Shown here one piece after another: positions 8,152 through 17,500 of a stretch of DNA of 32,000 nucleotides. The DNA lies in the NCBI GenBank assembly GCA_004284765.1, contig NQJD01000005.1:1-32000 (forward strand), read 5' to 3'. Position 1 is the stretch's first letter. Every line of letters starts with the position of its first letter. Origin of the DNA: Candidatus Electronema aureum. GTDB taxonomy: Bacteria; Desulfobacterota; Desulfobulbia; Desulfobulbales; Desulfobulbaceae. The notes beneath the pieces were generated by a model. That model was not told where the DNA came from, ran no database searches, and worked only from the letters and a program-made list of their open reading frames with translations. The translations under genes were made by a program, and so were the position numbers.

Positions 8152-8904
8152 CTACAGGGCGTTGAAGGTAACATGGGTGGCAACAAAGACCAGCATGAGG
8201 ACAAACAGCTCTTTGAAAGAAGTTTCCGGCACTCGCTGAAGGAGTCGTGAACCCAGCTGCGCACCGAGCAAAACGCCGATGATAGCTGGCAAGGCCACCT
8301 GCCACTGCACAGCCCGTCCGAGCAGTAGCTGTGCTGTCACCGCCGTCACGGAAAGAAGCAGCATCAGGGCAATGCAGGTGGCGACCGAGCGAGTCATAGC
8401 TAACCCGCAGCGCATGTTGAAGAAAGGCACTAACCAATCTCCCACGCCAACACCGAGAAAACCGGTGAGCAAGCTAGCAGTGGCGGCAATAGGACGACCC
8501 CGGCGGCGGGCAATCTGCATATCCGGTTGATCTGAACCTTGAACAAAAAAATCATCGCCGCGCATAAAAGCATAGGCGATAAAAAAAATCACCAAGCCGA
8601 GAAAAAGCTTAATATAAATTGGATTGAGCAAAAAGGATATGAACACTCCAATCAACACCCCAGGCAGACTGACTGCGGCCATCATTATGACCAAAGACCA
8701 ATGAATTAGCCCGGCGCGACTGTTGCTGACTGTGGCACTGAATTGGCCAAAAGTTTGGATGACAATCGTGCAAAGCAGGGCCTCATCAGGACGAAGATTA
8801 GTGACAGAGAGCAGCACTGGCATCCACAACACCCCGCCACCCAGCCCGAAAAACAAAGCCACGGTGGCGATTATCATACCCAAGGGCAGCATCAGCCAGT
8901 CCAT
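8152..8904 (-). CDS. TauE/SafE (DUF81) family anion permease
   Basis: About 8 TM helices. The N-terminal FFGLGGGVLWMPVL and internal GFLGVGVGDWLVP glycine-rich motifs are typical of DUF81. The start ATG overlaps the upstream stop (TGATG). Confidence 0.75.
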   Translation of the reverse strand: MDWLMLPLGMIIATVALFFGLGGGVLWMPVLLSVTNLRPDEALLCTIVIQTFGQFSATVSNSRAGLIHWSLVIMMAAVSLPGVLIGVFISFLLNPIYIKLFLGLVIFFIAYAFMRGDDFFVQGSDQPDMQIARRRGRPIAATASLLTGFLGVGVGDWLVPFFNMRCGLAMTRSVATCIALMLLLSVTAVTAQLLLGRAVQWQVALPAIIGVLLGAQLGSRLLQRVPETSFKELFVLMLVFVATHVTFNAL

Positions 8905-9449
8905 CAGTGATAAAAACTCCTGCCAAATTCGGCCAAAGTTTCCTCAAGCTCGTCAATCAGCTGCACAGCCTCCTCAATCTTCGTTGCCTCGTCGCCTTCT
9001 GTCAAGGTTTGGCGAAGCTGCTCGGCCATATTTTTTGAAAGCAGGATCAACTCCTGCTCGTTGGCATTGAGGTCGTTGATGTGTCGAGACAGTTCACCCA
9101 GCTCGTCCTTACTTTCCTCTGACAGGGCAACAGAAAAATCGCCTGCGCTCATGGCTCGCGTCCGCTCGATGATTTGCTCTAGTGGAAACATAATCCGTTT
9201 AATGAAGAGCATCATTACTAAGCCAATAGCTAAGAGCAGGGTACTCAACATCACCCTGACCTTGAGGAGAATGCGACCGACAATATCCAGCGGCAAGGTG
9301 CCACTAAGATTTTCTTTGAGCAGGCCCAGCACCTCTTTACCTCGGAGAAACAACTCGATCTCCACCGCCATCGTTAAAAAAACAATGCCGATAAAAACGA
9401 TGTAAAACCCCATCTGGCGCTGAAGGCCGCTTTTAGGAACGAACTTCAT
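8904..9449 (-). CDS. HAMP-only membrane protein (2 TM + HAMP + acidic coiled coil, no output domain)
   Basis: TM1 GFYIVFIGIVFLTMAV, TM2 LSTLLLAIGLVMMLFI, then the HAMP-like IKRIMFPLEQIIERTRAMSAGDFSVALSEESKDELGELSRHINDLN. Confidence 0.6.
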   Translation of the reverse strand: MKFVPKSGLQRQMGFYIVFIGIVFLTMAVEIELFLRGKEVLGLLKENLSGTLPLDIVGRILLKVRVMLSTLLLAIGLVMMLFIKRIMFPLEQIIERTRAMSAGDFSVALSEESKDELGELSRHINDLNANEQELILLSKNMAEQLRQTLTEGDEATKIEEAVQLIDELEETLAEFGRSFYH

Positions 9450-9461
9450 GAAAGGTGGTGG

Positions 9462-9890
9462 TTAGTCGTTTTTGAAGAGCTTTTCTAAATATTTTTTGAA
9501 GGCCCGTAGATCGTCTTCATAAATATCCTTAAAGCGCACGCCGATGTCGTACATTTCTTCTTCTGGCAGATGTTGCGCCCAAACTACTTCGGCAATTGCC
9601 GTCAGCGGTCTGGAAGCAGTGCCTGCGTCGAGAATGGAGATAATGTTGTTCAAATAATGCTGCCAGCCGCGTAAATCCACAGAAAGCTGAAGAATAGTAC
9701 CTGGTTCGTACAGGTCCTCTGCGGTAAAGCAGAGACCGTTTTCGGCTAAATTCTTGGTGGTTGCAGGCTTTGCGATCAGATTGGTCATCGGATACTGGAG
9801 CTTCGTCACCATCAGAGCCGCGTTTCGCTCAATTCTGGGAGTTTCCCGCCTGCATTTGCCTATGTTTTCCTCCGTCATGCCTTTTCCCAT
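9462..9890 (-). CDS. PilZ-domain protein (partly degenerate c-di-GMP motif)
   Basis: RRETPR (RxxxR) followed about 30 aa later by NLAENG, where the PilZ consensus is (D/N)xSxxG (Ser replaced by Ala). Size and beta-rich pattern fit a stand-alone PilZ. Confidence 0.55.
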   Translation of the reverse strand: MGKGMTEENIGKCRRETPRIERNAALMVTKLQYPMTNLIAKPATTKNLAENGLCFTAEDLYEPGTILQLSVDLRGWQHYLNNIISILDAGTASRPLTAIAEVVWAQHLPEEEMYDIGVRFKDIYEDDLRAFKKYLEKLFKND

Positions 9891-9902
9891 CCCTATTTCT
9901 GT

Positions 9903-10916
9903 TTACTCCAGAATATCCTTTAGTTCCTGAATATCTTCGATGTTCACCGCTGCGGCGAACTGATCATCTACTAACCCATCAATTTTGTTGTCAGCAATCA
10001 GCCTGTGCTTGACCATCAAGTCAGCGATCTGCTTCATTTCCTCTGTCTTGGGAGTGAAGTGATCAAACACCACTTTGCGACTGCTGAGGGCGTATTTTGC
10101 CACATCAGACGACTGCGACCAATATTCAGCGGCGATATCAGCAGCCTGCTCCTGATGCGTTTTTGCCCAAAGACTGGCACGGGCCGCTCCTTGGACAAAT
10201 TTTTGCACCATTTTTGGGTCTTGGGCAATGGTGTTCTGTTTAACGATAACCAAGTTGCAGATGAAGTTTGGCCACACATCTTCTACATGCAGAACCAGAT
10301 CGGCAGAACCACCTTTGAGACTCCGGGCGGCAAACGGTTCACCGACATAATAGGCATCCAAAGAGCCAGCGGCCAAAGCCGAAGCCATATCCGGTGGATT
10401 TAGCTCAACGATATTCACCCGGCCTTGCATTCCTTTTTGTTCCATCAGCTCCAGCAGACTAAGATTATGGCCAGAATAGCGAATGGGTACTGCCACCGTC
10501 TTGCCGCCTAAATCCTCGAAGCTGCGGACGTTAAGACCTTTTTTCGCCACCAAAGTGCTTTCATGTCGGTTGCCGATATACACAACCTTTACGTCCACGC
10601 CCTGCTGCCGCAGCACGACCGACAAAGGCGCGATAATGAAAGCAGCCTGAATTTTGTCGCTGCGGAGTGCCGAGGCCATCTCAGCAAAGGAGCTGAATTT
10701 CAGAGCCTTGAAATAAACATCGCTGCTATCCTTGCTCACATGATCGAGCAGCGGGGCGGACATGTTGGTGATGACCGGCATGTAGCCCATCGTGAAAACT
10801 TTTTTTTCACCGTAATCAAAATTCAGCCAGAGATGCAGAACAGTGATCAGCACCAACCAGCCACCCACGCCAGCTGCCAGCTGCCAACCTTTGGACAACT
10901 TGAGGTCAGACTGCAT
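9903..10916 (-). CDS. ABC transporter substrate-binding protein, NitT/TauT (NMT1/SsuA-like) family, N-terminally membrane-anchored
   Basis: TM anchor WQLAAGVGGWLVLITVLHLW. MGYMPVITNMSAPLL..., YYVGEPFAARS and FICNLVIVKQ are typical of nitrate/sulfonate/bicarbonate-type binding proteins. Confidence 0.75.
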   Translation of the reverse strand: MQSDLKLSKGWQLAAGVGGWLVLITVLHLWLNFDYGEKKVFTMGYMPVITNMSAPLLDHVSKDSSDVYFKALKFSSFAEMASALRSDKIQAAFIIAPLSVVLRQQGVDVKVVYIGNRHESTLVAKKGLNVRSFEDLGGKTVAVPIRYSGHNLSLLELMEQKGMQGRVNIVELNPPDMASALAAGSLDAYYVGEPFAARSLKGGSADLVLHVEDVWPNFICNLVIVKQNTIAQDPKMVQKFVQGAARASLWAKTHQEQAADIAAEYWSQSSDVAKYALSSRKVVFDHFTPKTEEMKQIADLMVKHRLIADNKIDGLVDDQFAAAVNIEDIQELKDILE

Positions 10917-11700
10917 AATTTACCCCTAGCATGAAGAACAATTCGTCCCGGAGCTTGGCCAGTTCAGTATCCTTTTTAAAAAAATTGCGCGGATGAGAAA
11001 AATCGAGTTTGCGGTTGAGCTTGATCTGCGAAGGTCTGCGGCTGAAAACGATGATCCGGTCACCCATGACTAAGGCATCGTCAATGTCATGGGTGACGAT
11101 CAGGATGGTTTTGCCAAGATACTGGTGCATGTTGACCACTTCTTCGCGCAGCTTCATGTGGGTGAGGAAGTCCAAGCCGCTGAACGGCTCATCCATGATC
11201 AGAATGTCAGGATTGACTACCAAAGCGCGAGCTATCTCCGCCCGCCGCAACATCCCGCCAGAAAGCTGATGCGGATAATGTTCCTCAAAACCATCTAATT
11301 CAACCATTTCAATGTATTCCTGTATCTTCTCGCATTTTTCGTCCTGATTTTCTATCTTGCGCAGACCCAGTTCTACATTCTGCCAAACTGTCATCCACGG
11401 CAGAAGACCACTGTGCTGAAAAACAAAAATGTTGTCTGAACTGGGACCAGTGATAGCCTTGCCGTCAATGATTACTGAACCAGAGGTCTGATGATCAAAA
11501 CCGGCGACAATCCGCATCAATGTTGACTTGCCGCAGCCAGAAGGACCGAGGAAGCAGACCATCTCGCCGTCCTCAATTTCAATATTGATGTCCTCCAACA
11601 CGGGAACTGTTTGACCGAAAGGAGCAAGGTCTTCCTCTCGCCTCGTTTTGCGCCGATTGACAAACTCCTTGTTCAAGCCGCTAATTTGAATATGCCCCAT
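10906..11700 (-). CDS. ABC transporter ATP-binding protein, NitT/TauT family
   Basis: True start MGHIQISGL at 11700 with AGGAGAA upstream. The track ORF extension to 11910 overlaps the permease. Walker A GPSGCGKST, LLPWMTVWQNVELGL, LSGGMLRRAEIARAL, ILIMDEPFSGLD. Confidence 0.85.
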   Translation of the reverse strand: MGHIQISGLNKEFVNRRKTRREEDLAPFGQTVPVLEDINIEIEDGEMVCFLGPSGCGKSTLMRIVAGFDHQTSGSVIIDGKAITGPSSDNIFVFQHSGLLPWMTVWQNVELGLRKIENQDEKCEKIQEYIEMVELDGFEEHYPHQLSGGMLRRAEIARALVVNPDILIMDEPFSGLDFLTHMKLREEVVNMHQYLGKTILIVTHDIDDALVMGDRIIVFSRRPSQIKLNRKLDFSHPRNFFKKDTELAKLRDELFFMLGVNYAV

Positions 11701-11708
11701 GTTTTCTC

Positions 11709-12476
11709 CTATGGCTGGCGGATGCCCCAAGCTGCGGACTCGATCCTGCCCAGCCGCCGCATAATAGAATCCAGCAGGATGCCGATCAGGCCAATGACAA
11801 TCATGCCGTCCATGACGTAGTCTAAACGCAGACCGTTGCGGGCATCCAAAATTAAATAGCCCAACCCGGATTGCACAGCGATCATCTCGGCAGCCACAAC
11901 CACAATCCAAGCGATGGTTACAGTTAAGCGGAGGGCGGTGATAATAGCTGGAATGATGGCCGGAATAACAATTTTTTGAATCACTTCCGCCCGGCTGAAA
12001 TCAAAATTAGCCGCAACATAAAAAAAGGTCGGGTTGATAGATTGTACCGCCACCGTTGTCGAGACGACAATAGGGAAGAAGCTGGCCAAGAAAATCAGAA
12101 AGACCGCAGGCTTGTCGCCAATACCGAACCAAAGCATGGCTAAGGGTATCCAAGCCAAAGGCGAGATGGGACGCAAGAACTGGATGATCGGATTGAAGAT
12201 CAGTGCCGCAGTCTGGTTTCTGCCGAGAATGATCCCAATGGGAATACCCAAAACAGCCGCTAAATAAAATCCAGCAGTGACTCGAAATAGACTAGCCACG
12301 GTGTGCTTAAAGATCGCACCGTTCTTGATCAGTTCAATCATGCTGAAGAAGACTTGACTGGGGCCAGGCAGTACGTGGCTGTCCAAACCGGCAAAGCGCA
12401 CGGCGATCTCCCAAATCAATACTAAGACAGTGAAAGATAAAAAGGGCGCAAGTTTATGAGCAAAAGCAGAATTCAT
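11709..12476 (-). CDS. ABC transporter permease, NitT/TauT family
   Basis: Six-TM BPD_transp_1-type protein with the EAA-like loop region (VAAEMIAVQSGLGYLI). Confidence 0.8.
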   Translation of the reverse strand: MNSAFAHKLAPFLSFTVLVLIWEIAVRFAGLDSHVLPGPSQVFFSMIELIKNGAIFKHTVASLFRVTAGFYLAAVLGIPIGIILGRNQTAALIFNPIIQFLRPISPLAWIPLAMLWFGIGDKPAVFLIFLASFFPIVVSTTVAVQSINPTFFYVAANFDFSRAEVIQKIVIPAIIPAIITALRLTVTIAWIVVVAAEMIAVQSGLGYLILDARNGLRLDYVMDGMIVIGLIGILLDSIMRRLGRIESAAWGIRQP

Positions 12477-12497
12477 GGGCGTGTCACCTGTTCGCGA

Positions 12498-13412
12498 TCA
12501 GCCGACGATTTCTTGAGCCAGCTGCATGTATTGGAGGGAGGCACTGCTTTTTTCCGCATAATGACTGATCGGCGCGTTGACAATATGTGATTCCTGCATC
12601 TTGTCGTCCTTTCCGATCACCGTTCTGAACAGGTTATCCCGATAGGTCTGACGCAGTTTATCGCAGATCACCTTTTCCGAGGTGTTTCTTTCATCGTACA
12701 TGGTGATCAGCACCTTGCACTCCACCTCTTGGTTGATGCTTTTTTTCAGCACATTGATGATGTCATGAATCTGACTGACCCCGTGCATGGACAAATATTC
12801 GCAGGTGGAAGGGACAATCACCATATTGGCAGCTACCAGCGCATTGAGGGTGAAAAATTCAATCGAGGGCGGCGTATCGATCAGCACATGATCGTAGCTG
12901 TCTTGGATGGTGCGCAGCTTGTCTCGGAGCAAATACTCAAAATTGTGCTGACTCAAATATTTTTTCTTGAGCAGGGCCATTTTGCTGCTGGAGGGCAGCA
13001 GGGAAAGGTTGGCATATTTAGTTTTCACTACCGCTTCGCCAATATTCTTCACCCCACCGGTCAACACCTCATAAAACGAGCGAGTCTTCCTGAAGCCGAG
13101 CAAAATGGTTAAGTTAGCCTGCACGTCAAAATCAATCAACAAGACCCGCTTGCCCATTTTTGCCAACGCTGCGCCAAGATTCAGAGTGGTGGTCGTTTTA
13201 GCCACCCCTCCTTTTTGATTGCTGATCGCAATGACCCGACTGTAGTCGGGATGCACCTCATCCTGAAGCAAAAAGGAATCCTCAGCATGAGCCGCTCTAT
13301 AGACAATGAAGCGGTGACTGCATTTGTGACAACGAACCTTCAGCTCTGGTTTACCCAGCAGGTCATCAGCAATCTTGTATTTTGTCCTGCATTTTTCACA
13401 TGTGATAATCAT
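12498..13412 (-). CDS. MJ0042-type zinc ribbon fused to a ParA/MinD-family ATPase
   Basis: MIITCEKCRTKYKI...VRCHKCSHRF (CxxC...CxxC) followed by the deviant Walker A ISNQKGGVAKTTTTLNLG and LLIDFDVQANLT, VLIDTPPS. Confidence 0.85.
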   Translation of the reverse strand: MIITCEKCRTKYKIADDLLGKPELKVRCHKCSHRFIVYRAAHAEDSFLLQDEVHPDYSRVIAISNQKGGVAKTTTTLNLGAALAKMGKRVLLIDFDVQANLTILLGFRKTRSFYEVLTGGVKNIGEAVVKTKYANLSLLPSSSKMALLKKKYLSQHNFEYLLRDKLRTIQDSYDHVLIDTPPSIEFFTLNALVAANMVIVPSTCEYLSMHGVSQIHDIINVLKKSINQEVECKVLITMYDERNTSEKVICDKLRQTYRDNLFRTVIGKDDKMQESHIVNAPISHYAEKSSASLQYMQLAQEIVG

Positions 13413-13460
13413 AGGATTTTTCTCTGTTTTATCGGATTATCGCCGTCCGTATCAGCCGGA

Positions 13461-14489
13461 TCACCGTTTGATCAAGGAGACGATGGCCTCGGCGAGCCTG
13501 CTTTCCTCCACGATCATATCCACCCGATTTCGCTTAATGGCTGAGTCGGTCAGATTGGGATAAACGCAACTCTCGACGCTCTGGGCTATAGTTTTTCCAC
13601 CTTGTTTTTGAATCATAGCAAAGCCTTCTGAACCGTCGTCACCGTAACCGGTGAGCAGCACGCCCACAGATTTTTCCCGGAACGTCTCAGCGGCTGAAAT
13701 GAACAGAGTGTCCAAGGGCTTATCGGTTGGCTCGCCGATTCTGAAGCAAGGATCACCGTACTCGCTGAAATCGACAGTCACAGACAGCACATTGGACTGA
13801 ATGTAACAAACCCCTTGCTCGATCACCTTGCCGTCCTCCGCAACTGCAATTTTCCAGCTGGCGAATTCGTTGAATTTTTCGACAAAGGCAGGCAGTATCT
13901 TGGGCGAAATCTCCAGCAAAATCACCGCAGCTGCCGACAGGCCAGATTCTAACCGAGTCATCAAGCGGATAAAAGAATTTGGCCCAGTGAGCGAGGTGCC
14001 AATAACCACCAACGACTGCGGCCCGCCGGGATTTTGCGGGTCGGTGCGACCGCTTTTTCTCACTCGCACCCGGCGGATGTTGCCAAAATTAACGGCAGTG
14101 GCCAATTTGATTCGATCAACAATCTGCTGCTTGGCTACATGAATGTCGCTGGAAATTGCGCCAGAGGGCTTGGCGACAAAATCAACCACGCCAAGACGCA
14201 GAGCCTCAAAAGTGATGGAGCCGTCGCTGAAGAGCGAACTCAGAACGACAATCGGTACCGGAGCCTCGATCATGATATGACGGATGGCTTGGAGACCGTC
14301 CATCACCGGCATATCGATGTCGAGCGTGATTACGTCTGGGTGCAGCTCTTTAATTTTTTTCAGCCCTTCTAGGCCGTTGCGAGCCACCCCGATCACTTCA
14401 ATCTCTGGATCAGACTCCAACAGATCGCTGATCGCCTTGGTCATGAAGGTGGCATCGTCAACCACAAGAACCTTATATTTTTTGTCCAT
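13461..14489 (-). CDS. cheB: CheB-like response regulator (REC + methylesterase fold; catalytic His not conserved)
   Basis: REC: KVLVVDDATFM...PDVITLDIDMPVMDG...AKP. Esterase region: VIGTSLTGP (Ser kept), LLEISPKILPAF in place of TQHMPPGF (His to Ile by my alignment), LLTGYGDDG (Asp kept). Confidence 0.8.
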   Translation of the reverse strand: MDKKYKVLVVDDATFMTKAISDLLESDPEIEVIGVARNGLEGLKKIKELHPDVITLDIDMPVMDGLQAIRHIMIEAPVPIVVLSSLFSDGSITFEALRLGVVDFVAKPSGAISSDIHVAKQQIVDRIKLATAVNFGNIRRVRVRKSGRTDPQNPGGPQSLVVIGTSLTGPNSFIRLMTRLESGLSAAAVILLEISPKILPAFVEKFNEFASWKIAVAEDGKVIEQGVCYIQSNVLSVTVDFSEYGDPCFRIGEPTDKPLDTLFISAAETFREKSVGVLLTGYGDDGSEGFAMIQKQGGKTIAQSVESCVYPNLTDSAIKRNRVDMIVEESRLAEAIVSLIKR

Positions 14490-14546
14490 GCCCGCTGTTC
14501 AGCCTCCGTGCTGCTGAAATGATGCCAATGACTTCCTTCACTACCC

Positions 14547-17500
14547 TTAATGGATGACAGCCTGCGGCTGCTCCTCCTCCGTTCCTCGCTTCCGTCTGCG
14601 CTTGAAGCTCATATTCCGCTGGGCTTGCTTGTCGGCTTGCTCTTCGCCCGCAATCTTCACCAGCTCTGGGATATCGAGAATCAGCGAAATACCGCCGTCA
14701 CCGAGGATAGTTGCTCCGCCAAATCCACTGCCTGAACGCAGATAATCAGCAAGAGGCTTAATAACAACCTCTTCTTGGCCGAGCAGCTCGTCAACCACCA
14801 GTCCGACTTCTTGGGTACCAGTGCTGACCACGACCACGAACATTTTGTCCTCTTCCTCTTGGGAGCGGTCGATGCTATAAATCCGCCCCAGCTGGAAGAT
14901 AGGCATGGTAGTATCGCGGATGTAAATAACATCTACGCCTTCAATTTGAGAAATTTCATGGCGGAAAATGCGCAAGGTTTCCTCAACTGAGGTCAGTGGA
15001 ATGGTGAATTTTTCTTTGCCCACTCGCACCATTAAGGCTTGGATAATGGCCATCGTCAGCGGAATTTTGATCCGCATCCGAGTACCCTGCCCTATTTTCG
15101 AGCTGATCTCAATCATACCGTTGAGCCGCTCGACATTCTTGCGCACCACATCCATGCCCACGCCTCGGCCCGAAGTTTCGGTGGCCTTCTCGGCAGTGCT
15201 AAAGCCCGGCTCCATGATGATGCGAATAATGTCCTCTTCAGACATTCGGTCTAATTCTTCTTTGTCAAACAGACCCTTTTCTAAGGCTTTCGCTCGGATG
15301 CGCTTAGGATCAATCCCCCTACCGTCGTCAGTGATTTCCACCACGATATGATCACTTTCGTGATACGCTTCCAACATCAGCGTACCCTGTGACGGTTTGT
15401 TTGCTCGTTTCCGATCCGTGATCGTCTCGATGCCGTGATCGACTGCATTGCGGATGATGTGGATCAGCGGATCAGAGATGGACTCGATGACCATCTTGTC
15501 TAACTCGGTTTCCTCACCCTTAGTGATCAGGCGAATATCCTTGTCCGTGCGATGAGTCAGATCGCGCACCAAACGGGGATAGCGTTTAAAGAGCTGGTCA
15601 ATAGGCAACATCCTGATTTTCATCACGCCTTCTTGCAGCTCATTGGAGACACGGCCCAAATGCACACCTGCCTCGCTCAGGCGGAAGGCAAACTCTTGGA
15701 GCGGCTTCAGCTCACTTTTAGTGAGTTTGGCCCTTTCTTGGAGGAGCAGCTGGAGACCGCGCATCTCGTTGACCAACTGGGCGAAATAGGCACGACTAAC
15801 GACCAGCTCTCCCACTTGGTTCATCAGATAATCGATCTTATCTGCATCAACCCGGATGCTGCTGCGTGGAGCAGATTTCTTGACCGCAGATTTTTTCGAC
15901 GTATCGGCATCTTCTTCATCAGAAAATTCCGGTGTTTCCTCGATAACGGCTTTCTCTTCTTCAACTATAGGTAGTGGTGCATCTGCTTTTTTCAACGCCA
16001 CAGGCTCTGGCATTATGGCAGCAAGAGGGGCAGGTTGTTCCTTCTCAGGTGCAGCGGTAGGCTCAGTTGCTTCAGGGACAGAAACAACAGCTAATTCTTC
16101 TGGCTGTTCTTCCTCCGGCTCTGACTCAGTTTTGTCCATGATCTTCTCGATCACATTGTCCATTTGATACTCGGAGGCATCGCTCCTCGGGGACATAGAC
16201 ATATCCAAGGCACTGCTGAGGCGGGCGAATAGCTCGCTGTCGTCCTCCTTTATCTCTGCTGATGGAGGCTCAGGCCTAGGTCTGACTTCATCAGGCGGAA
16301 CAGAACGCGATGGTGGTGGAACCGGTGCTGCTACTTTTTCGCCAGTAGGTTTGCTGAGAAGCGAAATAACTGTGTCCTCGGCATTGTCAAATTCAACCGA
16401 ACTAACAGCTTCGGCAACTACAGGCTTGGGCTGCGGAGCCAGAGCCTGCTTTCCGGCTTCGGCATCAACAACAGCCTGCGGATAAACCTGAATCAACGCC
16501 TCAGTAAAGCGGTGTAACGCTCCGGTCGCATCTACGTTGCTGCCATTAGCAGCCTCTCGGAGAGCTTGCTGCCATTCACGGCAAAATGCAGCCAAGCTGT
16601 GATACTCCATATAATTGGCCGACGAAGAAAGTCCTGCCACTGCCTCTCGGCAACGTTCTAACAGTTCTTTTTTGTCAGAAGCAGCAGGCAATGCGGCCTC
16701 CTGCTCTCGCAGGAAACGGATATCAGTCTGGAGCTTCTTGAGAAAAATGGAGACCAATTCTTGATCGTGTTCATCTTCGGACAGCTCATATTCGAGACTC
16801 AGCGGCTTGCGTTCCGGCGGCGCAGGTGTGGTAGGTGCAGAAGACGTAGTCACCGACCGCACATTTTCCTTCTCATCCTTGTCGTTTTCTTCGTCCTCGT
16901 CATCATCCACCAACCCAGAGATAGTGACAGCAATTGGCCCGTCTTCCTCATCTTCATCTGAAAAGATGGAATCTAAGGCTAAATCAAGATCGTTTGCCTG
17001 CGCAGCATCTTTCTCCTCGTTTTCATGTTGCGGCCCGTCAGACGAGAAAATGTAGTCTAATGCGGCGGAATCGGATTTTGGCTTTTTTGTTGCGGCTTGG
17101 CCCGCATCTTCCTGCGAGTAGCCGTCCATCGCTTGCGGGAAAGAACGGATGATTTCGTCGATGTAATCCTGCATGAAGCCGAGATTCGGCATTTTACCCG
17201 CTGAAAGCTGATCTACAGCATTGCTGATCTCGCGCTGCCAGTCGGTGTAATGCTTGGCCAATTTCTCATAGCCCATGTAATTGGCTGAAGACTTGAGGCT
17301 TTTAATCGAATCGCTGCAACGGTAGAGTACGTCTTGCTTGTCAACTGAGATCGACAGCTCAACGGTCTGGGCGTAAAGGAAGGGAATGTTCTCTTTGAGC
17401 TGCTGAAGGAAGATGCTGTACAGCTCTTCGTCATACTCCTCGGCCATATTTTCTTCAGCCAAAGAGCCTTTGCGCGGCTCTTCGTAAGGCGGTGGCGCAG

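Noticed and set aside
11701-11910. 70-codon upstream extension of the ABC ATPase ORF
   Set aside because: It overlaps the permease gene in another frame and is Cys/Arg/Gly-rich junk. MGHIQISGL at 11700 has an AGGAGAA ribosome-binding site.
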